From Methylophilus aquaticus (GTDB lineage Bacteria > Pseudomonadota > Gammaproteobacteria > Burkholderiales > Methylophilaceae): DNA of 64,000 bases. Within the stretch, counting starts at the first letter, position 1, and each line of letters begins with the position of its first letter. Both the position numbers and the translations under genes were made by a program. The notes beneath the pieces are model-generated. The model was not told the origin of the DNA, ran no database searches, and worked only from the letters and a program-made list of their open reading frames with translations. This document shows positions 39,260-51,141 of the stretch, in pieces. The stretch spans positions 115,554-179,553 of the forward strand of contig NZ_JAVCAP010000014.1 of assembly GCF_030769565.1 (NCBI RefSeq), read 5' to 3'.

Positions 39260-39832
39260 ATGAAAAAAACATTGATGTTGCTGGCTTTACTGGCGACAAG
39301 CCAGGCATGGGCTGCGACCGAGACTTATAATATTGATGCGACGCACAGTTTTGCAAACTTTAGCATTCGTCATGTCGTCTCTAAAACCTCTGGCACTTTT
39401 AATGATGTTACCGGGGTCATTACGCTGGATCCGGCTAATCTAAATACGGCTTCAGTGCGTGCTGCGATTAATGTCAGCAGTGTGAATACAGGGTTTGGCA
39501 AACGTGACGAGCATATCAAGGCTGATAAATATCTTGATGTCGCCAAATATACCCAGATTCAGTTTGAAAGTACCAAAATCACGGCGAGTAACCAGACGCA
39601 GGCAGTCATGCAAGGCAAGTTGACCATGCATGGTGTGACCAAGCTGGTAGATATTCCTGTAAGGGTGTTGGGGTATGGTGCTGACCCATGGGGTGGGCAG
39701 CGTGCAGGCTTCGAAGGGCGTATTACACTCAAAGCCTCTGACTACGGCTTTGGCTGGGCGACCGGCGCCAGCGCCCCAGTGGGTGATGATATTGAAATCA
39801 CCCTGCTGATTGAAGGCGTGAAAGCGAAATAA
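39260..39832 (+). CDS. YceI-family periplasmic polyisoprenoid-binding protein
   Basis: Start MKKTL with GTGGAG Shine-Dalgarno; signal peptide; YceI motifs (IDATHSFANFSIRH, GKLTMHGVTK). Confidence 0.8.
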   Translation: MKKTLMLLALLATSQAWAATETYNIDATHSFANFSIRHVVSKTSGTFNDVTGVITLDPANLNTASVRAAINVSSVNTGFGKRDEHIKADKYLDVAKYTQIQFESTKITASNQTQAVMQGKLTMHGVTKLVDIPVRVLGYGADPWGGQRAGFEGRITLKASDYGFGWATGASAPVGDDIEITLLIEGVKAK

Positions 39833-39847
39833 TCTATGGAGAAAAAT

Positions 39848-40924
39848 ATGGCATTGGATTTATTTTCACCAGCAACGCTGGGTGCAATTGCTCTGAAAAA
39901 TCGTATAGTGATGGCCCCGCTCACCCGCAACCGCGCGGCTGAAGGGGGTGTTCCGCAGGCGATGAATGTCACGTATTACGAGCAGCGCGCAACAGCCGGT
40001 TTAATTGTGACCGAAGCCACACCGATTTCACCCATGGCGCATGGTTATCCCGCACTGCCGGGAATTTATACTGATGCACAGGTTGCGGGCTGGCGAAAAG
40101 TGACCGATGCCGTGCATGCCAAGGGTGGGAAAATAGTCATCCAGTTATGGCATGTAGGCCGTATTTCTCACCCGAGCCTGTTGCCGAATGAAGCCCTGCC
40201 AGTGGCGCCCTCAGCGATTAAGCCCGCCGGCAAGGCCTTTACTTATCAGGGCCTGGTAGACTTTGTGACGCCACGTGCACTCGATGCCAATGAGTTGCCG
40301 GCTATTGTGCAGGATTATGTGCATGCAACCGAATGTGCCATTGCCGCAGGGTTTGATGGCGTAGAAGTGCATGCCGCCAATGGTTATCTGCTTGATCAGT
40401 TCCTGCGAGACGGCACTAATCACCGTCAGGATGCCTATGGGGGTACGGTTGAGAATCGCATGCGCCTGTTGCTGGAAGTAGTGCAGGCAGTTGTTGATAC
40501 GGTGGGTGCTGACAAGGTGGGTGTTCGCTTGTCGCCGGTGAACCCTTTTAATGACATGAAAGATAGTCAGCCGCAAATCACTTTTAACGCAGTGGCGCAG
40601 GCACTTAATCGCTTTAACCTGGCCTATTTGCACGTGGTTGAAGGCGGCATTCATGGCGGTGGCGAGGCGGAGCCATTTGATTTTGTTGCAATGCGCAAGT
40701 TGTTCAAAGGTGCGTATATGGCGAACCTCGGTTATGACAAGGCACGTGGCAATGCTGTGATTGCCAGTGGCCATGCGGATTGTGTTGCGTATGGCGTGCC
40801 GTTTATTGCCAACCCTGACCTGGTTGCCCGATTTGCCACAGATGCACCTCTGAATGCCGCTGATGCCAACACTTTTTACGGTGGCAGTGAGCAGGGTTAT
40901 ACGGACTATCCATTTCTGGCATAA
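39848..40924 (+). CDS. NADH:flavin oxidoreductase / alkene reductase (Old Yellow Enzyme, NemA-like)
   Basis: OYE motifs (MAPLTRNRA, HAANGYLLDQFL, GGSEQGYTDYPF); start at MALDLFSP with GGAG Shine-Dalgarno. Confidence 0.8.
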   Translation: MALDLFSPATLGAIALKNRIVMAPLTRNRAAEGGVPQAMNVTYYEQRATAGLIVTEATPISPMAHGYPALPGIYTDAQVAGWRKVTDAVHAKGGKIVIQLWHVGRISHPSLLPNEALPVAPSAIKPAGKAFTYQGLVDFVTPRALDANELPAIVQDYVHATECAIAAGFDGVEVHAANGYLLDQFLRDGTNHRQDAYGGTVENRMRLLLEVVQAVVDTVGADKVGVRLSPVNPFNDMKDSQPQITFNAVAQALNRFNLAYLHVVEGGIHGGGEAEPFDFVAMRKLFKGAYMANLGYDKARGNAVIASGHADCVAYGVPFIANPDLVARFATDAPLNAADANTFYGGSEQGYTDYPFLA

Positions 40925-40980
40925 TAAATAAGCGGTTACTTTGGTGACCGCACTTGCCGCTCACGGTGTGCAGGCGTAAA

Positions 40981-40997
40981 ATTCGCGCAACGCGAAT
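40981..40997 (+). terminator. hairpin attcgcg-caa-cgcgaat downstream of the OYE gene
   Basis: 7-bp stem with 3-nt loop, followed by a pyrimidine-rich tract. Confidence 0.3.
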
Positions 40998-41041
40998 CTC
41001 TACCTTTCCACGCCACTGCGCACTGTGAGTTTAATTTCTGC

Positions 41042-41833
41042 ATGACAATCACTTCAGCACCTCTTTCCTACCAACAGATTTCGGGTCGAAAAACCATCAT
41101 TGCCAACTGGAAAATGCATGGCAATCTTGCGCGCAACCAGCACCTCGTTGAAAAGTATCTCGACGGATTGCAATCATTGCATGCCAATGTCGTGGTGTGC
41201 GTGCCTTATCCCTATCTGGCGCAAATTCAGTCATTTTTGCAAGGCACGCATCTCGCTTGGGGTGCGCAAAACGTGGCCAAGTTTGAAGAGGGGGCCTACA
41301 CCGGCGAGGTGAGCGCTGAAATGTTGCGTGACTTTGGTGCGCAATATGTGATTATTGGACACTCTGAGCGAAGTACCGCTTATTGCGAATCTGACGAAAA
41401 TATTGCGGAAAAATTTATGATGGCCAAGCGCCATGGCTTGACGCCAGTGTTGTGTGTAGGGGAAACCTTGCTTGAGCGCGAGGCAGGTGTGATGGAGAGG
41501 GTGGTTGGCCGGCAGCTGGAAACCATTGTCAGATTGTTTGGCGGTGAGGCGTTTGCAGATACCATTGTTTCGTATGAGCCGATCTGGGCGATTGGCACCG
41601 GCTTGGCAGCCACCGCGGAGCAGGCGGTGGCCATGCACCAGTTTATTCGCGATACGATTGCCGGGGCCAGTAAATCTGCAGCCGCATCGCTAAAAATCCT
41701 CTACGGGGGCAGCGTAAACCCGCAAAATGCGATACAATTACTGCATCAGAAGGAAATAGACGGTGCACTGGTTGGACGATGCTCGCTGGAAGCTGGGCAA
41801 TTTATAAAAATTTGCCAATCAGTCCCCTCTTGA
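41042..41833 (+). CDS. tpiA: triose-phosphate isomerase
   Basis: 263 aa; NWKMHGN, IIGHSERS and GGSVN motifs. Confidence 0.85.
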   Translation: MTITSAPLSYQQISGRKTIIANWKMHGNLARNQHLVEKYLDGLQSLHANVVVCVPYPYLAQIQSFLQGTHLAWGAQNVAKFEEGAYTGEVSAEMLRDFGAQYVIIGHSERSTAYCESDENIAEKFMMAKRHGLTPVLCVGETLLEREAGVMERVVGRQLETIVRLFGGEAFADTIVSYEPIWAIGTGLAATAEQAVAMHQFIRDTIAGASKSAAASLKILYGGSVNPQNAIQLLHQKEIDGALVGRCSLEAGQFIKICQSVPS

Positions 41834-41888
41834 TAGCGAAAACGCCAAAAGCTGGCTCGTTATTACAAATTAATGGATTAAAAAAGTT

Positions 41889-42233
41889 ATGGAAAACGTC
41901 ATTCTCGTCATTCATGTGTTGGCTGCTGCTGCAGTGATTGGCTTGGTCTTGTTACAACACGGCAAGGGTGCAGACATGGGTGCTGCATTTGGTAGCGGTG
42001 CATCAGGTAGTCTGTTTGGTGTGTCTGGTTCGTCAAACTTGCTCAGTAAGCTAACATCAATTTTTATTACCGTATTTTTTGCAACCAGTTTGACTTTGGC
42101 CTTTATGTCCAGTCATCGGGTGTCTACAGGGAGCGTAGTTAAATCTGCGGTAACTCAAGAGGCGCCAGCAACGGCAGTGTCGACAGAATCTGCCAAGCCG
42201 GTTGAAAATACACCTAAAGATATTCCTAATTAA
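41889..42233 (+). CDS. secG: preprotein translocase subunit SecG
   Basis: 114 aa; N-terminus LVLLQHGKGADMGAAFGSGASGSLFG is the SecG signature. Confidence 0.85.
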   Translation: MENVILVIHVLAAAAVIGLVLLQHGKGADMGAAFGSGASGSLFGVSGSSNLLSKLTSIFITVFFATSLTLAFMSSHRVSTGSVVKSAVTQEAPATAVSTESAKPVENTPKDIPN

Positions 42234-42239
42234 TTTTCA

Positions 42240-42324
42240 GCCGTCGTGGTGGAATTGGTAGACACGCTATCTTGAGGGGGTAGTGACGAAAGTCGTGCGA
42301 GTTCGAGTCTCGCCGACGGCACCA
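42240..42324 (+). tRNA. tRNA-Leu (anticodon GAG), 85 nt with long variable arm and encoded CCA
   Basis: Manual fold: 7-bp acceptor gccgtcg/cgacggc, D-arm GTGGAATTGGTAGAC, anticodon stem ctatc/ggtag with loop ttGAGgg, long variable arm, T-arm gcgag-ttcgagt-ctcgc, discriminator A + CCA; near-identical architecture to E. coli tRNA-Leu. Confidence 0.9.
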
Positions 42325-42455
42325 GTGATGAACTCTTTGCTGAGAGATTGGTCACTGTTAAGGTTGTTAAAAGGGATTGTTTTCTGTTTGCAGTTGGGGC
42401 AGAGTGGGCTGTCATGCTAAAAAATACTTTTTAAGTGATTGATTAAGGCGAATCA

Positions 42456-42812
42456 GTGTTAGAAAACTATTTCCCGATTCTAATGTTTATCTTGGTGGGC
42501 CTGGGTGTTGGCTTAGGGCCACTTGTCCTCGGTAAAATTGTCTCTCCACATCGTCCTGATGCGGAAAAAAACTCTCCTTACGAATGTGGCTTTGAGGCTT
42601 TTGAAGATGCGCGCATGAAGTTCGATGTTCGCTACTATCTGGTTGCCATTCTGTTTATTCTGTTTGATCTCGAAATTGCTTTTCTATTTCCATGGGCGGT
42701 AGTTATCCAGGAAATTGGAGCAGCAGGGTTTTGGGCGATGATGGTTTTCTTGTTTGTGTTAGTGGTTGGCTTCATTTTTGAATGGATGAAGGGTGCCCTT
42801 GAGTGGGACTGA
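42456..42812 (+). CDS. nuoA: NADH-quinone oxidoreductase subunit A (GTG start)
   Basis: 118 aa; [12 protein letters not shown]-terminus; 3 TM helices. Confidence 0.9.
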   Translation: MLENYFPILMFILVGLGVGLGPLVLGKIVSPHRPDAEKNSPYECGFEAFEDARMKFDVRYYLVAILFILFDLEIAFLFPWAVVIQEIGAAGFWAMMVFLFVLVVGFIFEWMKGALEWD

Positions 42813-42833
42813 TCGGAATGGGATTGATGCAAA

Positions 42834-43313
42834 ATGAGCATTGAAGGCGTATTGGAAAAAGGCTTTGTCACAACCACGCTGGATACGGTGATTAACTATA
42901 CCCGTACCGGATCATTGTGGCCGATGACATTTGGCTTGGCGTGTTGTGCGGTGGAAATGATGCATGCCGGAGCGTCCCGCTATGATCTGGACCGTTTTGG
43001 TATTGTATTCAGACCCAGTCCGCGACAATCAGATGTGATGATTGTGGCTGGTACGCTGGTTAACAAGATGGCGCCAGCCTTGCGCAAGGTCTATGACCAG
43101 ATGGCTGAACCACGCTGGGTAATTTCCATGGGCAGCTGTGCCAACGGCGGGGGTTATTATCATTATTCCTATGCTGTGGTTCGTGGCTGTGACCGCATTG
43201 TACCGGTGGATGTCTATGTACCAGGTTGCCCGCCGACTGCAGAAGCTCTGCTTTACGGCATCATCCAGTTGCAGAAAAAAATCAAACGTACTAACACGAT
43301 CGCAAGAAGCTAA
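42834..43313 (+). CDS. nuoB: NADH-quinone oxidoreductase subunit B
   Basis: 159 aa; Fe-S N2 ligands CCAVEMM and [10 protein letters not shown] / CPP. Confidence 0.9.
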   Translation: MSIEGVLEKGFVTTTLDTVINYTRTGSLWPMTFGLACCAVEMMHAGASRYDLDRFGIVFRPSPRQSDVMIVAGTLVNKMAPALRKVYDQMAEPRWVISMGSCANGGGYYHYSYAVVRGCDRIVPVDVYVPGCPPTAEALLYGIIQLQKKIKRTNTIARS

Positions 43314-43316
43314 ATC

Positions 43317-43913
43317 ATGTCTGCAAAACTCGAACATTTGTCTGCACAACTCAAGCTTGCCTTGGGAGATACCCTAGTCAGGCTAGAGCATAAGCTAGAC
43401 GAGATCACCGTGGAAGTGGCTGCAAAGCATTTGACGGTGGCTGCTGAAAAGCTTAAAGCGCATGCTGAACTCCAATTTGAGCAGTTGATTGATTTATGCG
43501 GCGTTGATTATTCAGAGTATGCCGATGGATTGTGGGAAGGTCCACGCTTTGCTGTGGTCATACATTTATTGTCTGTCAGCTTGAATCAACGCGTGCGTCT
43601 AAGAGCATTTGCGACCGATGATGGTTTCCCTGTGTTCCCAACCCTGGTGGATGTGTGGCCAGTTGCAAACTGGTTTGAGCGGGAAGCCTTTGACCTCTAT
43701 GGCATGATGTTTGAAAACCACCCCGATTTGCGTCGATTGCTTACTGACTATGGATTTGTCGGTCACCCTTTCCGTAAAGATTTTCCGATGATTGGTAATG
43801 TCGAAATGCGTTATGACCCGGTACAGCAACGCGTGATTTATCAGCCGGTCTCCATCGACTTAAGAAATAATGTACCGCGCGTGATTCGTGAAGAAGGAGC
43901 GCACCGTGGCTGA
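43317..43913 (+). CDS. nuoC: NADH-quinone oxidoreductase subunit C
   Basis: 198 aa; 30-kDa subunit motifs (ERE.FDLYG). Confidence 0.9.
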   Translation: MSAKLEHLSAQLKLALGDTLVRLEHKLDEITVEVAAKHLTVAAEKLKAHAELQFEQLIDLCGVDYSEYADGLWEGPRFAVVIHLLSVSLNQRVRLRAFATDDGFPVFPTLVDVWPVANWFEREAFDLYGMMFENHPDLRRLLTDYGFVGHPFRKDFPMIGNVEMRYDPVQQRVIYQPVSIDLRNNVPRVIREEGAHRG

Positions 43914-45159
43914 GATTAAAAACTACACCATGAACTTCGGTCCGCAGCACCCAGCGGCTCACGGTGTATTGCGCTTGGTGCTGGAGTTAGACGGTGAGGT
44001 GATTCAGCGTGCTGATCCGCATATCGGCTTGTTGCATCGTGCCACTGAAAAATTGGCTGAAAACCGTACCTACCTGCAAAGCGTACCCTATATGGATCGG
44101 CTGGACTATGTGTCCATGATGGCCAATGAGCATGCTTATGTGATGGCCATCGAGAAAATGCTGGGTATTAGCGTGCCTGAACGTGCACAATATATCCGTG
44201 TGATGTTTGATGAAATCACACGTGTACTGAATCATTTGTTGTGGTTGGGCGCCCATGCACTGGACGTCGGTGCCATGACTGTCTTCCTGTATGCTTTCCG
44301 TGAGCGAGAAGATTTATTTGATGTCTATGAAGCTGTTTCGGGTGCACGCATGCATGCAGCTTACTACCGTCCTGGTGGCGTGTATCGTGACTTACCGGAG
44401 AAAATGCCGCAACACGAAACAACCAAGTTCCGCAGTGCAGATGAGATCAAGAAGCTGAACGAAAATCGTCAGGGTTCCGTGCTGGACTTTATTGAAGACT
44501 TCACGACGCGCTTTCCAGCGTATGTGGACGAATATGAAACCTTGCTGACGGATAACCGTATCTGGAAACAGCGTACCGTAGGTATTGGTGTGGTTAGCCC
44601 TGAGCGCGCGCTGGCATTAGGCATGACAGGTGCCATGTTGCGCGGTTCTGGCATTGCTTGGGATTTGCGTAAAAAGCAGCCGTATGAAGTCTACGCTAAG
44701 ATGGATTTCGATATTCCAGTAGGTGTGAATGGTGACTGTTATGACCGTTACCTGGTGCGTATCGAGGAAATGCGACAATCCAACCGTATTATCAAGCAGT
44801 GTGTGGATTGGTTGCGCAAACATCCAGGCCCCGTCATTACCGATGACAATAAAGTGGCCCCGCCAAATCGCGAGGGCATGAAAACCAATATGGAAGACTT
44901 GATTCATCACTTCAAATTGTTTACAGAGGGGTTTCACGTCCCGGCCGGAGAAGCTTATGCGGCTGTTGAACACCCCAAAGGCGAGTTTGGTATTTACATG
45001 ATCTCTGATGGTGCCAATAAACCTTATCGTTTGAAAATTCGTGCACCGGGATTTCCTCATCTGGCAGCATTGGACGAGATGACACGTGGTCACATGATTG
45101 CCGATCTGGTGGCAATTATCGGGACACAGGATATTGTGTTCGGCGAAATTGACAGATAA
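43906..45159 (+). CDS. nuoD: NADH-quinone oxidoreductase subunit D (GTG start overlapping the nuoC stop)
   Basis: Conserved N-terminus [23 protein letters not shown] begins at GTG 43906, preceded by GAAGGAG; 49-kDa subunit. Confidence 0.85.
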   Translation: MAEIKNYTMNFGPQHPAAHGVLRLVLELDGEVIQRADPHIGLLHRATEKLAENRTYLQSVPYMDRLDYVSMMANEHAYVMAIEKMLGISVPERAQYIRVMFDEITRVLNHLLWLGAHALDVGAMTVFLYAFREREDLFDVYEAVSGARMHAAYYRPGGVYRDLPEKMPQHETTKFRSADEIKKLNENRQGSVLDFIEDFTTRFPAYVDEYETLLTDNRIWKQRTVGIGVVSPERALALGMTGAMLRGSGIAWDLRKKQPYEVYAKMDFDIPVGVNGDCYDRYLVRIEEMRQSNRIIKQCVDWLRKHPGPVITDDNKVAPPNREGMKTNMEDLIHHFKLFTEGFHVPAGEAYAAVEHPKGEFGIYMISDGANKPYRLKIRAPGFPHLAALDEMTRGHMIADLVAIIGTQDIVFGEIDR

Positions 45160-45189
45160 GCGGCGTAAACAGAACAGCAAGGGTCAAGC

Positions 45190-45669
45190 ATGTTAAGTGC
45201 AGAAGCAATTGAAAAAATAGAATACGAACTGGCCAAATACCCCAAGGATAGACGTCAGGCAGCTGTGATGTCGGCCCTGCGTATCGTACAAATCGAACGT
45301 GGCTGGTTGTCCAAGGAAAGTGTTACGGATGTTGCCAAATATCTGGGTATTCCCGAGATTGCGGCGATGGAAGTGGCTTCATTTTACAATATGTACGACC
45401 TGCAACCTGTCGGTCAATATAAAATTACGGTCTGTACCAATATTTCCTGTATGTTGCGTGGTTCTGATGAAATTGTTGATCATTTGCAGCATACATTAGG
45501 CGTGGGCTTTAACGAAGTGACTGCTGATGGCAAGTTCTGCATTAAAGAGGGTGAATGCATGGGTTGTTGTGGTGGCGCACCATTATTACACGTCAACAAT
45601 ACCCACATGCACGAGTTTTTGACCACTGAAAAAGTGGATGCCCTGCTAGAAGAACTGAATAAAGGCTGA
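45190..45669 (+). CDS. nuoE: NADH-quinone oxidoreductase subunit E (24 kDa, 2Fe-2S)
   Basis: 159 aa; 2Fe-2S Cys ligands (CTNISC...CMGCC). Confidence 0.9.
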   Translation: MLSAEAIEKIEYELAKYPKDRRQAAVMSALRIVQIERGWLSKESVTDVAKYLGIPEIAAMEVASFYNMYDLQPVGQYKITVCTNISCMLRGSDEIVDHLQHTLGVGFNEVTADGKFCIKEGECMGCCGGAPLLHVNNTHMHEFLTTEKVDALLEELNKG

Positions 45670-45682
45670 AGGAACTCGAATA

Positions 45683-47044
45683 ATGGCTGAGCAAACCACA
45701 AAAATGGCAACGCGCAAATCCTCTTCTGCTAAAAAAGCGGCTCGTCCAGTCGTCATGACTGACCTGACAGGTCAGACGCTGGTTACGCTACGTACACTTA
45801 ATGAGAAAAATCCTGCCTCGCTGGCTACCTACGAAAAATTGGGTGGATATGCTCAGCTCAAGCGACTGGTCACAGAAAAAATCAAGGCCCCAGAGATCAT
45901 TAATCAGGTGAAAGTCTCAAACCTGCGTGGTCGCGGTGGGGCCGGTTTTCCCACCGGATTGAAGTGGAGTTTTATGCCGCGCTATTACGACGGCACAAAA
46001 TACCTGGTCTGTAATACGGACGAAGGCGAGCCTGGTACATTTAAAGACCGTGACATTATTCGCTATAACCCGCACCAGTTAATTGAAGGCATGGCGATTG
46101 CAGCTTACACTCTGGGTGCGCGCGTCGGTTACAACTATATCCATGGTGAAATCTGGCAGGATTACGAGATTTTTGAAGCGGCACTGGCTGAAGCGCGCGA
46201 AGCGGGCTATCTGGGTGAAAACTTGTTTGGCAGCAACTTCAGCTTTGATTTATATGCCGTGCATGGCTATGGTGCGTATATTTGCGGAGAAGAAACTGCG
46301 CTGATTGAATCGATTGAAGGCAAAAAGGGTCAGCCACGTTTTAAGCCACCGTTTCCTGCCAGTTATGGCGTATTTGGCAAGCCGACCAATGTGAATAATA
46401 CCGAGAGTTATGCCTCTATTCCATGGATTATGCAGCATGGTGGCCAAGCATTTGCTGACCTCGGTGTGCCTAACTCCGGTGGAAGCAAGTTATTCTCGGT
46501 TTCCGGTCATGTCGAAAAACCGGGTAACTATGAAATCAGGATGGGCACGCCATTTAAAGAACTGCTGGAAATGGCCGGTGGAATCTGGAAAGGGCGCCAG
46601 TTGAAAGCTGTCATCCCTGGCGGCCCATCAACAGCAGTGATGCCTGCCCGCGCAATTGAAAATGCCACTATGGATTATGATGGCTTAAGCAAAGCAGGTT
46701 CCAGCCTGGGCGCTGGTTCAATGATTGTGATGGACGACACTACTTGTATGGTCAAAACGCTCAAACGATTGAGCTACTTTTTTTACGAAGAAAGCTGTGG
46801 TCAGTGTACGCCTTGCCGCGAAGGCACCGGCTGGGTTTATCGTATTATTGAACGTATTGTTGACGGCAAAGGCAAGATGGAGGATCTGGATCTGCTGACT
46901 GACCTCAGCAATAACATTTCCGGACGTACCATTTGTGCGTTGGGTGATGCAGCAGCGACGCCGGTACTCAGTTTTATCAAGCACTTCCGCCCAGAGTTTG
47001 AGTATTACATTCAGCATGGTAAATCCATGGTGGATGGAAAATAA
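45683..47044 (+). CDS. nuoF: NADH-quinone oxidoreductase subunit F (51 kDa, FMN/NADH binding)
   Basis: 453 aa; NAD(H)-binding motif [10 protein letters not shown], 4Fe-4S ligands [10 protein letters not shown]. Confidence 0.9.
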   Translation: MAEQTTKMATRKSSSAKKAARPVVMTDLTGQTLVTLRTLNEKNPASLATYEKLGGYAQLKRLVTEKIKAPEIINQVKVSNLRGRGGAGFPTGLKWSFMPRYYDGTKYLVCNTDEGEPGTFKDRDIIRYNPHQLIEGMAIAAYTLGARVGYNYIHGEIWQDYEIFEAALAEAREAGYLGENLFGSNFSFDLYAVHGYGAYICGEETALIESIEGKKGQPRFKPPFPASYGVFGKPTNVNNTESYASIPWIMQHGGQAFADLGVPNSGGSKLFSVSGHVEKPGNYEIRMGTPFKELLEMAGGIWKGRQLKAVIPGGPSTAVMPARAIENATMDYDGLSKAGSSLGAGSMIVMDDTTCMVKTLKRLSYFFYEESCGQCTPCREGTGWVYRIIERIVDGKGKMEDLDLLTDLSNNISGRTICALGDAAATPVLSFIKHFRPEFEYYIQHGKSMVDGK

Positions 47045-47132
47045 ATTAAAGATGGACCACAAAAAATCTATTTTTGAGTGTTTGACTGCAATTTTGTCAA
47101 TGCGCAACAAATAAGTTTTAGAGATAGCAGAC

Positions 47133-49565
47133 ATGTTAAACATCGAAATTGACGGCAAACCACTAGAAGTCGAACACGGCAGCACCATCATTGATGCTGC
47201 AGATGCCGCAGGCATTGCCATCCCGCGCTTCTGTTACCACAAGAAACTGTCAGTGGCTGCTAACTGCCGCATGTGTCTGGTGCAGGTCGAGAAATTCAAC
47301 AAACCACTGCCTGCCTGTGCAACGCCAGTGGCGGATGGTATGAAAATCTATACTCGCAGCAAGGCAGCGGTCGAGGCCCAGCAAAGCGTGATGGAGTTCC
47401 TGTTGATCAACCATCCGCTGGATTGCCCCATTTGTGACCAAGGCGGTGAGTGTGACTTGCAGGATATCGCAGTTGCCTATGGTGCCTCCGGTTCTCGCTA
47501 CACTGAAGAGAAACGTGTGGTCTTTAACAAGAATATCGGCCCGCTGGTCAGTACTGACATGACGCGTTGCATTCAATGTACACGTTGTGTGCGCTTCCTC
47601 AAGGAAGTTGGTGGCATGCAGGAGTTGGGGATGGTGGGGCGAGGCGAACATGCGGAAATTACTGCGTATGTTGATCAGTCCGTGAACTCGGAACTCAGTG
47701 GCAACATTATTGATTTATGTCCTGTTGGCGCATTGACCAGCAAACCTTTCCGTTATTCTGCCCGTAGCTGGGAACTCACACGGAGATCGTCGATTGCGCC
47801 GCATGATGGTTTGGGTTCTCACATTGAAGTGCATGTGAAAGATCACAAGGTCATGCGTGTATTACCGCGTGAAAAAGAGTCAATTAACGAGTGCTGGTTG
47901 TCAGACCGTGACCGCTTCTCTTACGAAGGTCTCAACAGTCCCGACCGTTTAAAAGTGCCAATGATCAAGCACAACGGTCAGTGGCAGGAAACAGACTGGA
48001 AAACGGCGCTGGAATTTGCAGCAGGCCAACTCAAAGACATTACCAAGCAGTATGGCGGCGATGCACTGGGTGTACTGGTTTCACCTAACAGCACGATGGA
48101 AGAAGGCTATCTGATCAAGCAACTGTCTGAAGGGCTTGGTTGTGGTAATGTGGATTATCGTCTGCGCCAGACGGATTTTCGTCTCGATGGCAAGCGAACC
48201 GGCACGCCATGGATGGGCTGTAATATTCAGGAAATAGAAGAACTGGATCGTATTTTGCTGATCGGTTCAAATATCCGTAACGAGCACCCACTACTGGCTC
48301 AGCGGATTCGTAAAGCGGTGGCCAATGGTGCCGAATTGTGTATCGTCAGCCCGCTCGACAATGATCCATTGATGGACGTGGCACATAAAGTGATTGTGCG
48401 TCCGAATGATATGGTCAATGTCCTGGGACAGATTCTGAAAGCCATGTCCGGCCTGCAAAAACTCTCGCTGTGCTTGCCGCCGACATTAAATACCTTGCTT
48501 GAAGAAATTAAAGTCCGTCCTAATACGCAGAAAATTGCCGAATGCTTGGCCGGGATCAGTGAAGAACTGATTCTGATCGCGCCTAAAGTCGGAATTTTTC
48601 TGGGGAACATGGCCTTGAGCGACCCTCGGTTTACAGAAATGTATAGCATGGCCGAAGCCATCGGCGGCATTACGGGTGCAAAAGGCGGTATTTTGCCGCC
48701 TGCCGCCAACAGCACTGGCATGCATTTGATGGGTGTGATGCCATCCGCGACAGGCATGCATGCACGCGCGATGATTGAAGTGCCACGCAAGGCATATTTA
48801 TTACTGAATATCGAGCCTGAGCTGGATTGCCAGCATGCAGCGCTGGCTACAGATGCCATGGCGAAAGCCGAGTGCGTGATTGCGCTGACAGCTTATAAAT
48901 CAGCTGCGCTTGAAAATGCTGACATTCTGCTGCCCATCGCGCCATTTACTGAAACTTCCGGCACGTTTATGAGTATGGAGGGTCGCGTACAAAGCTTCCA
49001 GGCAGTCACCAGACCGCTAGGCGAATGTCGTCCGGCATGGAAAGTATTACGTGTACTGGCCAATACACTGGGTTTAAATGGTTTCGATTACAACAGTTCT
49101 GAAGAAGTTAAAAACAAAATTTTCCATGGCGAAAAACCTTCAGCATTGGTATGGCGCAGCCTCAATAACAACCTGAAAGAACTGGTTGAGATTCAGATCA
49201 ATATCAAAAAAGAAGGCTTGCAACGGATTGGGGAAGTGCCGCAATACGAATCTGATCCGATTGTGCGACGCTCACCGCCACTGCAAAAGACCAAATATAA
49301 TATTCGTCCGATGGCGCGCATGCATGCAGACCAGTTGACTGAACTTGGACTACAGGACGGTGATCTGGTGGTTGCGTACCAGGATAAAGGCAGTGCGCTT
49401 CTCAAGGTTCGCCTCGATAACCATGTAGCCAAAGGCTGCGTACGGGTGGCCGCGGCGCACCCGTTGACTGCTGGTCTGGGCGATCTGATGGGGGATATCA
49501 CCATAGAAAAAGCCTCCACAGAGCATGCCGCTCTTTACGAAAAACAACTGACTGAGATGGCGTAA
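47133..49565 (+). CDS. nuoG: NADH-quinone oxidoreductase subunit G (75 kDa)
   Basis: 810 aa; N-terminal 2Fe-2S and 4Fe-4S Cys motifs ([35 protein letters not shown]). Confidence 0.9.
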   Translation: MLNIEIDGKPLEVEHGSTIIDAADAAGIAIPRFCYHKKLSVAANCRMCLVQVEKFNKPLPACATPVADGMKIYTRSKAAVEAQQSVMEFLLINHPLDCPICDQGGECDLQDIAVAYGASGSRYTEEKRVVFNKNIGPLVSTDMTRCIQCTRCVRFLKEVGGMQELGMVGRGEHAEITAYVDQSVNSELSGNIIDLCPVGALTSKPFRYSARSWELTRRSSIAPHDGLGSHIEVHVKDHKVMRVLPREKESINECWLSDRDRFSYEGLNSPDRLKVPMIKHNGQWQETDWKTALEFAAGQLKDITKQYGGDALGVLVSPNSTMEEGYLIKQLSEGLGCGNVDYRLRQTDFRLDGKRTGTPWMGCNIQEIEELDRILLIGSNIRNEHPLLAQRIRKAVANGAELCIVSPLDNDPLMDVAHKVIVRPNDMVNVLGQILKAMSGLQKLSLCLPPTLNTLLEEIKVRPNTQKIAECLAGISEELILIAPKVGIFLGNMALSDPRFTEMYSMAEAIGGITGAKGGILPPAANSTGMHLMGVMPSATGMHARAMIEVPRKAYLLLNIEPELDCQHAALATDAMAKAECVIALTAYKSAALENADILLPIAPFTETSGTFMSMEGRVQSFQAVTRPLGECRPAWKVLRVLANTLGLNGFDYNSSEEVKNKIFHGEKPSALVWRSLNNNLKELVEIQINIKKEGLQRIGEVPQYESDPIVRRSPPLQKTKYNIRPMARMHADQLTELGLQDGDLVVAYQDKGSALLKVRLDNHVAKGCVRVAAAHPLTAGLGDLMGDITIEKASTEHAALYEKQLTEMA

Positions 49566-49566
49566 C

Positions 49567-50595
49567 ATGCAATTCTTTGCTCAACTTTTTGGCTCTTACT
49601 GGACAGACGTGCAACTGGTGGTGTGGACGTTGATAAAAATCGTTGCCATTGTGTTGCCTTTGATGATTGCCGTGGCTTACTTGACGCTGGCTGAGCGTAA
49701 GGTGATTGGCTATATGCAGGTGCGGATTGGTCCTAACCGCGTGGGCTATTTTGGCTTGCTGCAGCCGCTGGCAGATGGCCTGAAGTTACTGTTCAAGGAA
49801 ATTATCCTGCCAACGGCTTCGAGCAAGGCGCTGTTTTTTATTGGCCCGATTCTGGCCATTGCACCGGCATTTGCGGCGTGGGCCGTGGTGCCATTTGATA
49901 GCACACTGGTATTAGCCAATATTGATGCCGGTTTGCTTTATATTCTGGCCATGACATCGGTGGCTGTGTACGGGGTGATTATTGCGGGATGGGCTTCCAA
50001 CTCAAAATATGCGTTTCTCGGCTCTCTGCGTTCCGCGGCACAGATTGTTTCTTATGAAATAGCGATGGGATTTACCCTGGTGGGTGTCTTAATGTGTGCC
50101 AATTCGCTCAATCTCGGCAAAATTGTCATGGGGCAGGAGGGTGGTTTCTGGCACTGGTACTTTATTCCATTGTTTCCGCTGTTTATTGTGTATTTCATCA
50201 GTGCCGTGGCAGAAACCAACCGCGCACCTTTTGACGTGGCGGAAGGTGAATCTGAAATTGTAGCCGGCTTTCACGTTGAATATTCCGGCATGGCATTTGC
50301 AGTGTTTTTCCTGGCCGAGTATGCCAACATGATTCTGGTGTCAGCCCTGGCTGCCCTCATGTTTCTGGGGGGCTGGTTATCGCCTGTACCTTTCCTGCCT
50401 GACAGTGTGTTATGGCTACTGGCCAAGATTGCATTTCTGCTATTCCTGTTCTTATGGTTCCGAGCGACCTTCCCGCGTTATCGCTATGACCAGATCATGC
50501 GTCTGGGCTGGAAAGTATTTATCCCGATCACACTGGTATGGATTGTGGTGGTCGCTGCAATGATGCAAACCCAATGGGCTTATTTGTTCCATTGA
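49567..50595 (+). CDS. nuoH: NADH-quinone oxidoreductase subunit H
   Basis: 342 aa; 8 TM helices; ND1 signature ([16 protein letters not shown]). Confidence 0.9.
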   Translation: MQFFAQLFGSYWTDVQLVVWTLIKIVAIVLPLMIAVAYLTLAERKVIGYMQVRIGPNRVGYFGLLQPLADGLKLLFKEIILPTASSKALFFIGPILAIAPAFAAWAVVPFDSTLVLANIDAGLLYILAMTSVAVYGVIIAGWASNSKYAFLGSLRSAAQIVSYEIAMGFTLVGVLMCANSLNLGKIVMGQEGGFWHWYFIPLFPLFIVYFISAVAETNRAPFDVAEGESEIVAGFHVEYSGMAFAVFFLAEYANMILVSALAALMFLGGWLSPVPFLPDSVLWLLAKIAFLLFLFLWFRATFPRYRYDQIMRLGWKVFIPITLVWIVVVAAMMQTQWAYLFH

Positions 50596-50631
50596 TGGTG
50601 GAATCGGATTGAATTTTGAGACAACAACCTT

Positions 50632-51123
50632 ATGTTGAACACAATTAAAAACACACTGGGAAGTTTGATGTTATGGGAAATGCTCAAAGGCATGGCCCTG
50701 ACTGGACGCTATTTCTTTGCTAAAAAGATCACCATTCAATATCCTGAAGAGCGTACACCGCAATCCAATCGTTTCCGTGGATTACATGCCCTGCGTCGTT
50801 ATCCGAACGGTGAAGAACGTTGTATTGCCTGCAAATTGTGTGAAGCGGTATGCCCGGCGCTTGCGATCACGATTGAGTCAGAACAACGCGAAGACAATAC
50901 GCGCCGAACCACCCGATATGACATCGACCTGACCAAGTGCATTTTCTGCGGATTCTGTGAAGAATCCTGCCCGGTTGACAGTATTGTGGAAACCCGTATT
51001 TTTGACTATCACGGCGAACAGCGTGGTGATTTGCTTTACACCAAAGAAATGCTGCTGGCCGTGGGTGATAAATACGAAGCACAAATTGCAGCTGATCGCG
51101 CACAAGATAAATCTTATCGATAA
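50632..51123 (+). CDS. nuoI: NADH-quinone oxidoreductase subunit I (2x 4Fe-4S ferredoxin)
   Basis: 163 aa; two CxxCxxCxxxCP motifs. Confidence 0.9.
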   Translation: MLNTIKNTLGSLMLWEMLKGMALTGRYFFAKKITIQYPEERTPQSNRFRGLHALRRYPNGEERCIACKLCEAVCPALAITIESEQREDNTRRTTRYDIDLTKCIFCGFCEESCPVDSIVETRIFDYHGEQRGDLLYTKEMLLAVGDKYEAQIAADRAQDKSYR

Positions 51124-51141
51124 GCTGACAGGAAAATAATC

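Noticed and set aside
42230-42415. 61-aa minus-strand ORF overlapping tRNA-Leu
   Set aside because: It completely overlaps a well-folded tRNA gene and the secG/nuoA promoter region. It has no ribosome-binding site and is spurious.
44617-48859. Several 70-190-aa minus-strand ORFs within nuoD, nuoF and nuoG
   Set aside because: They are antisense to highly conserved Complex I genes and carry no motifs. They are typical shadow ORFs.
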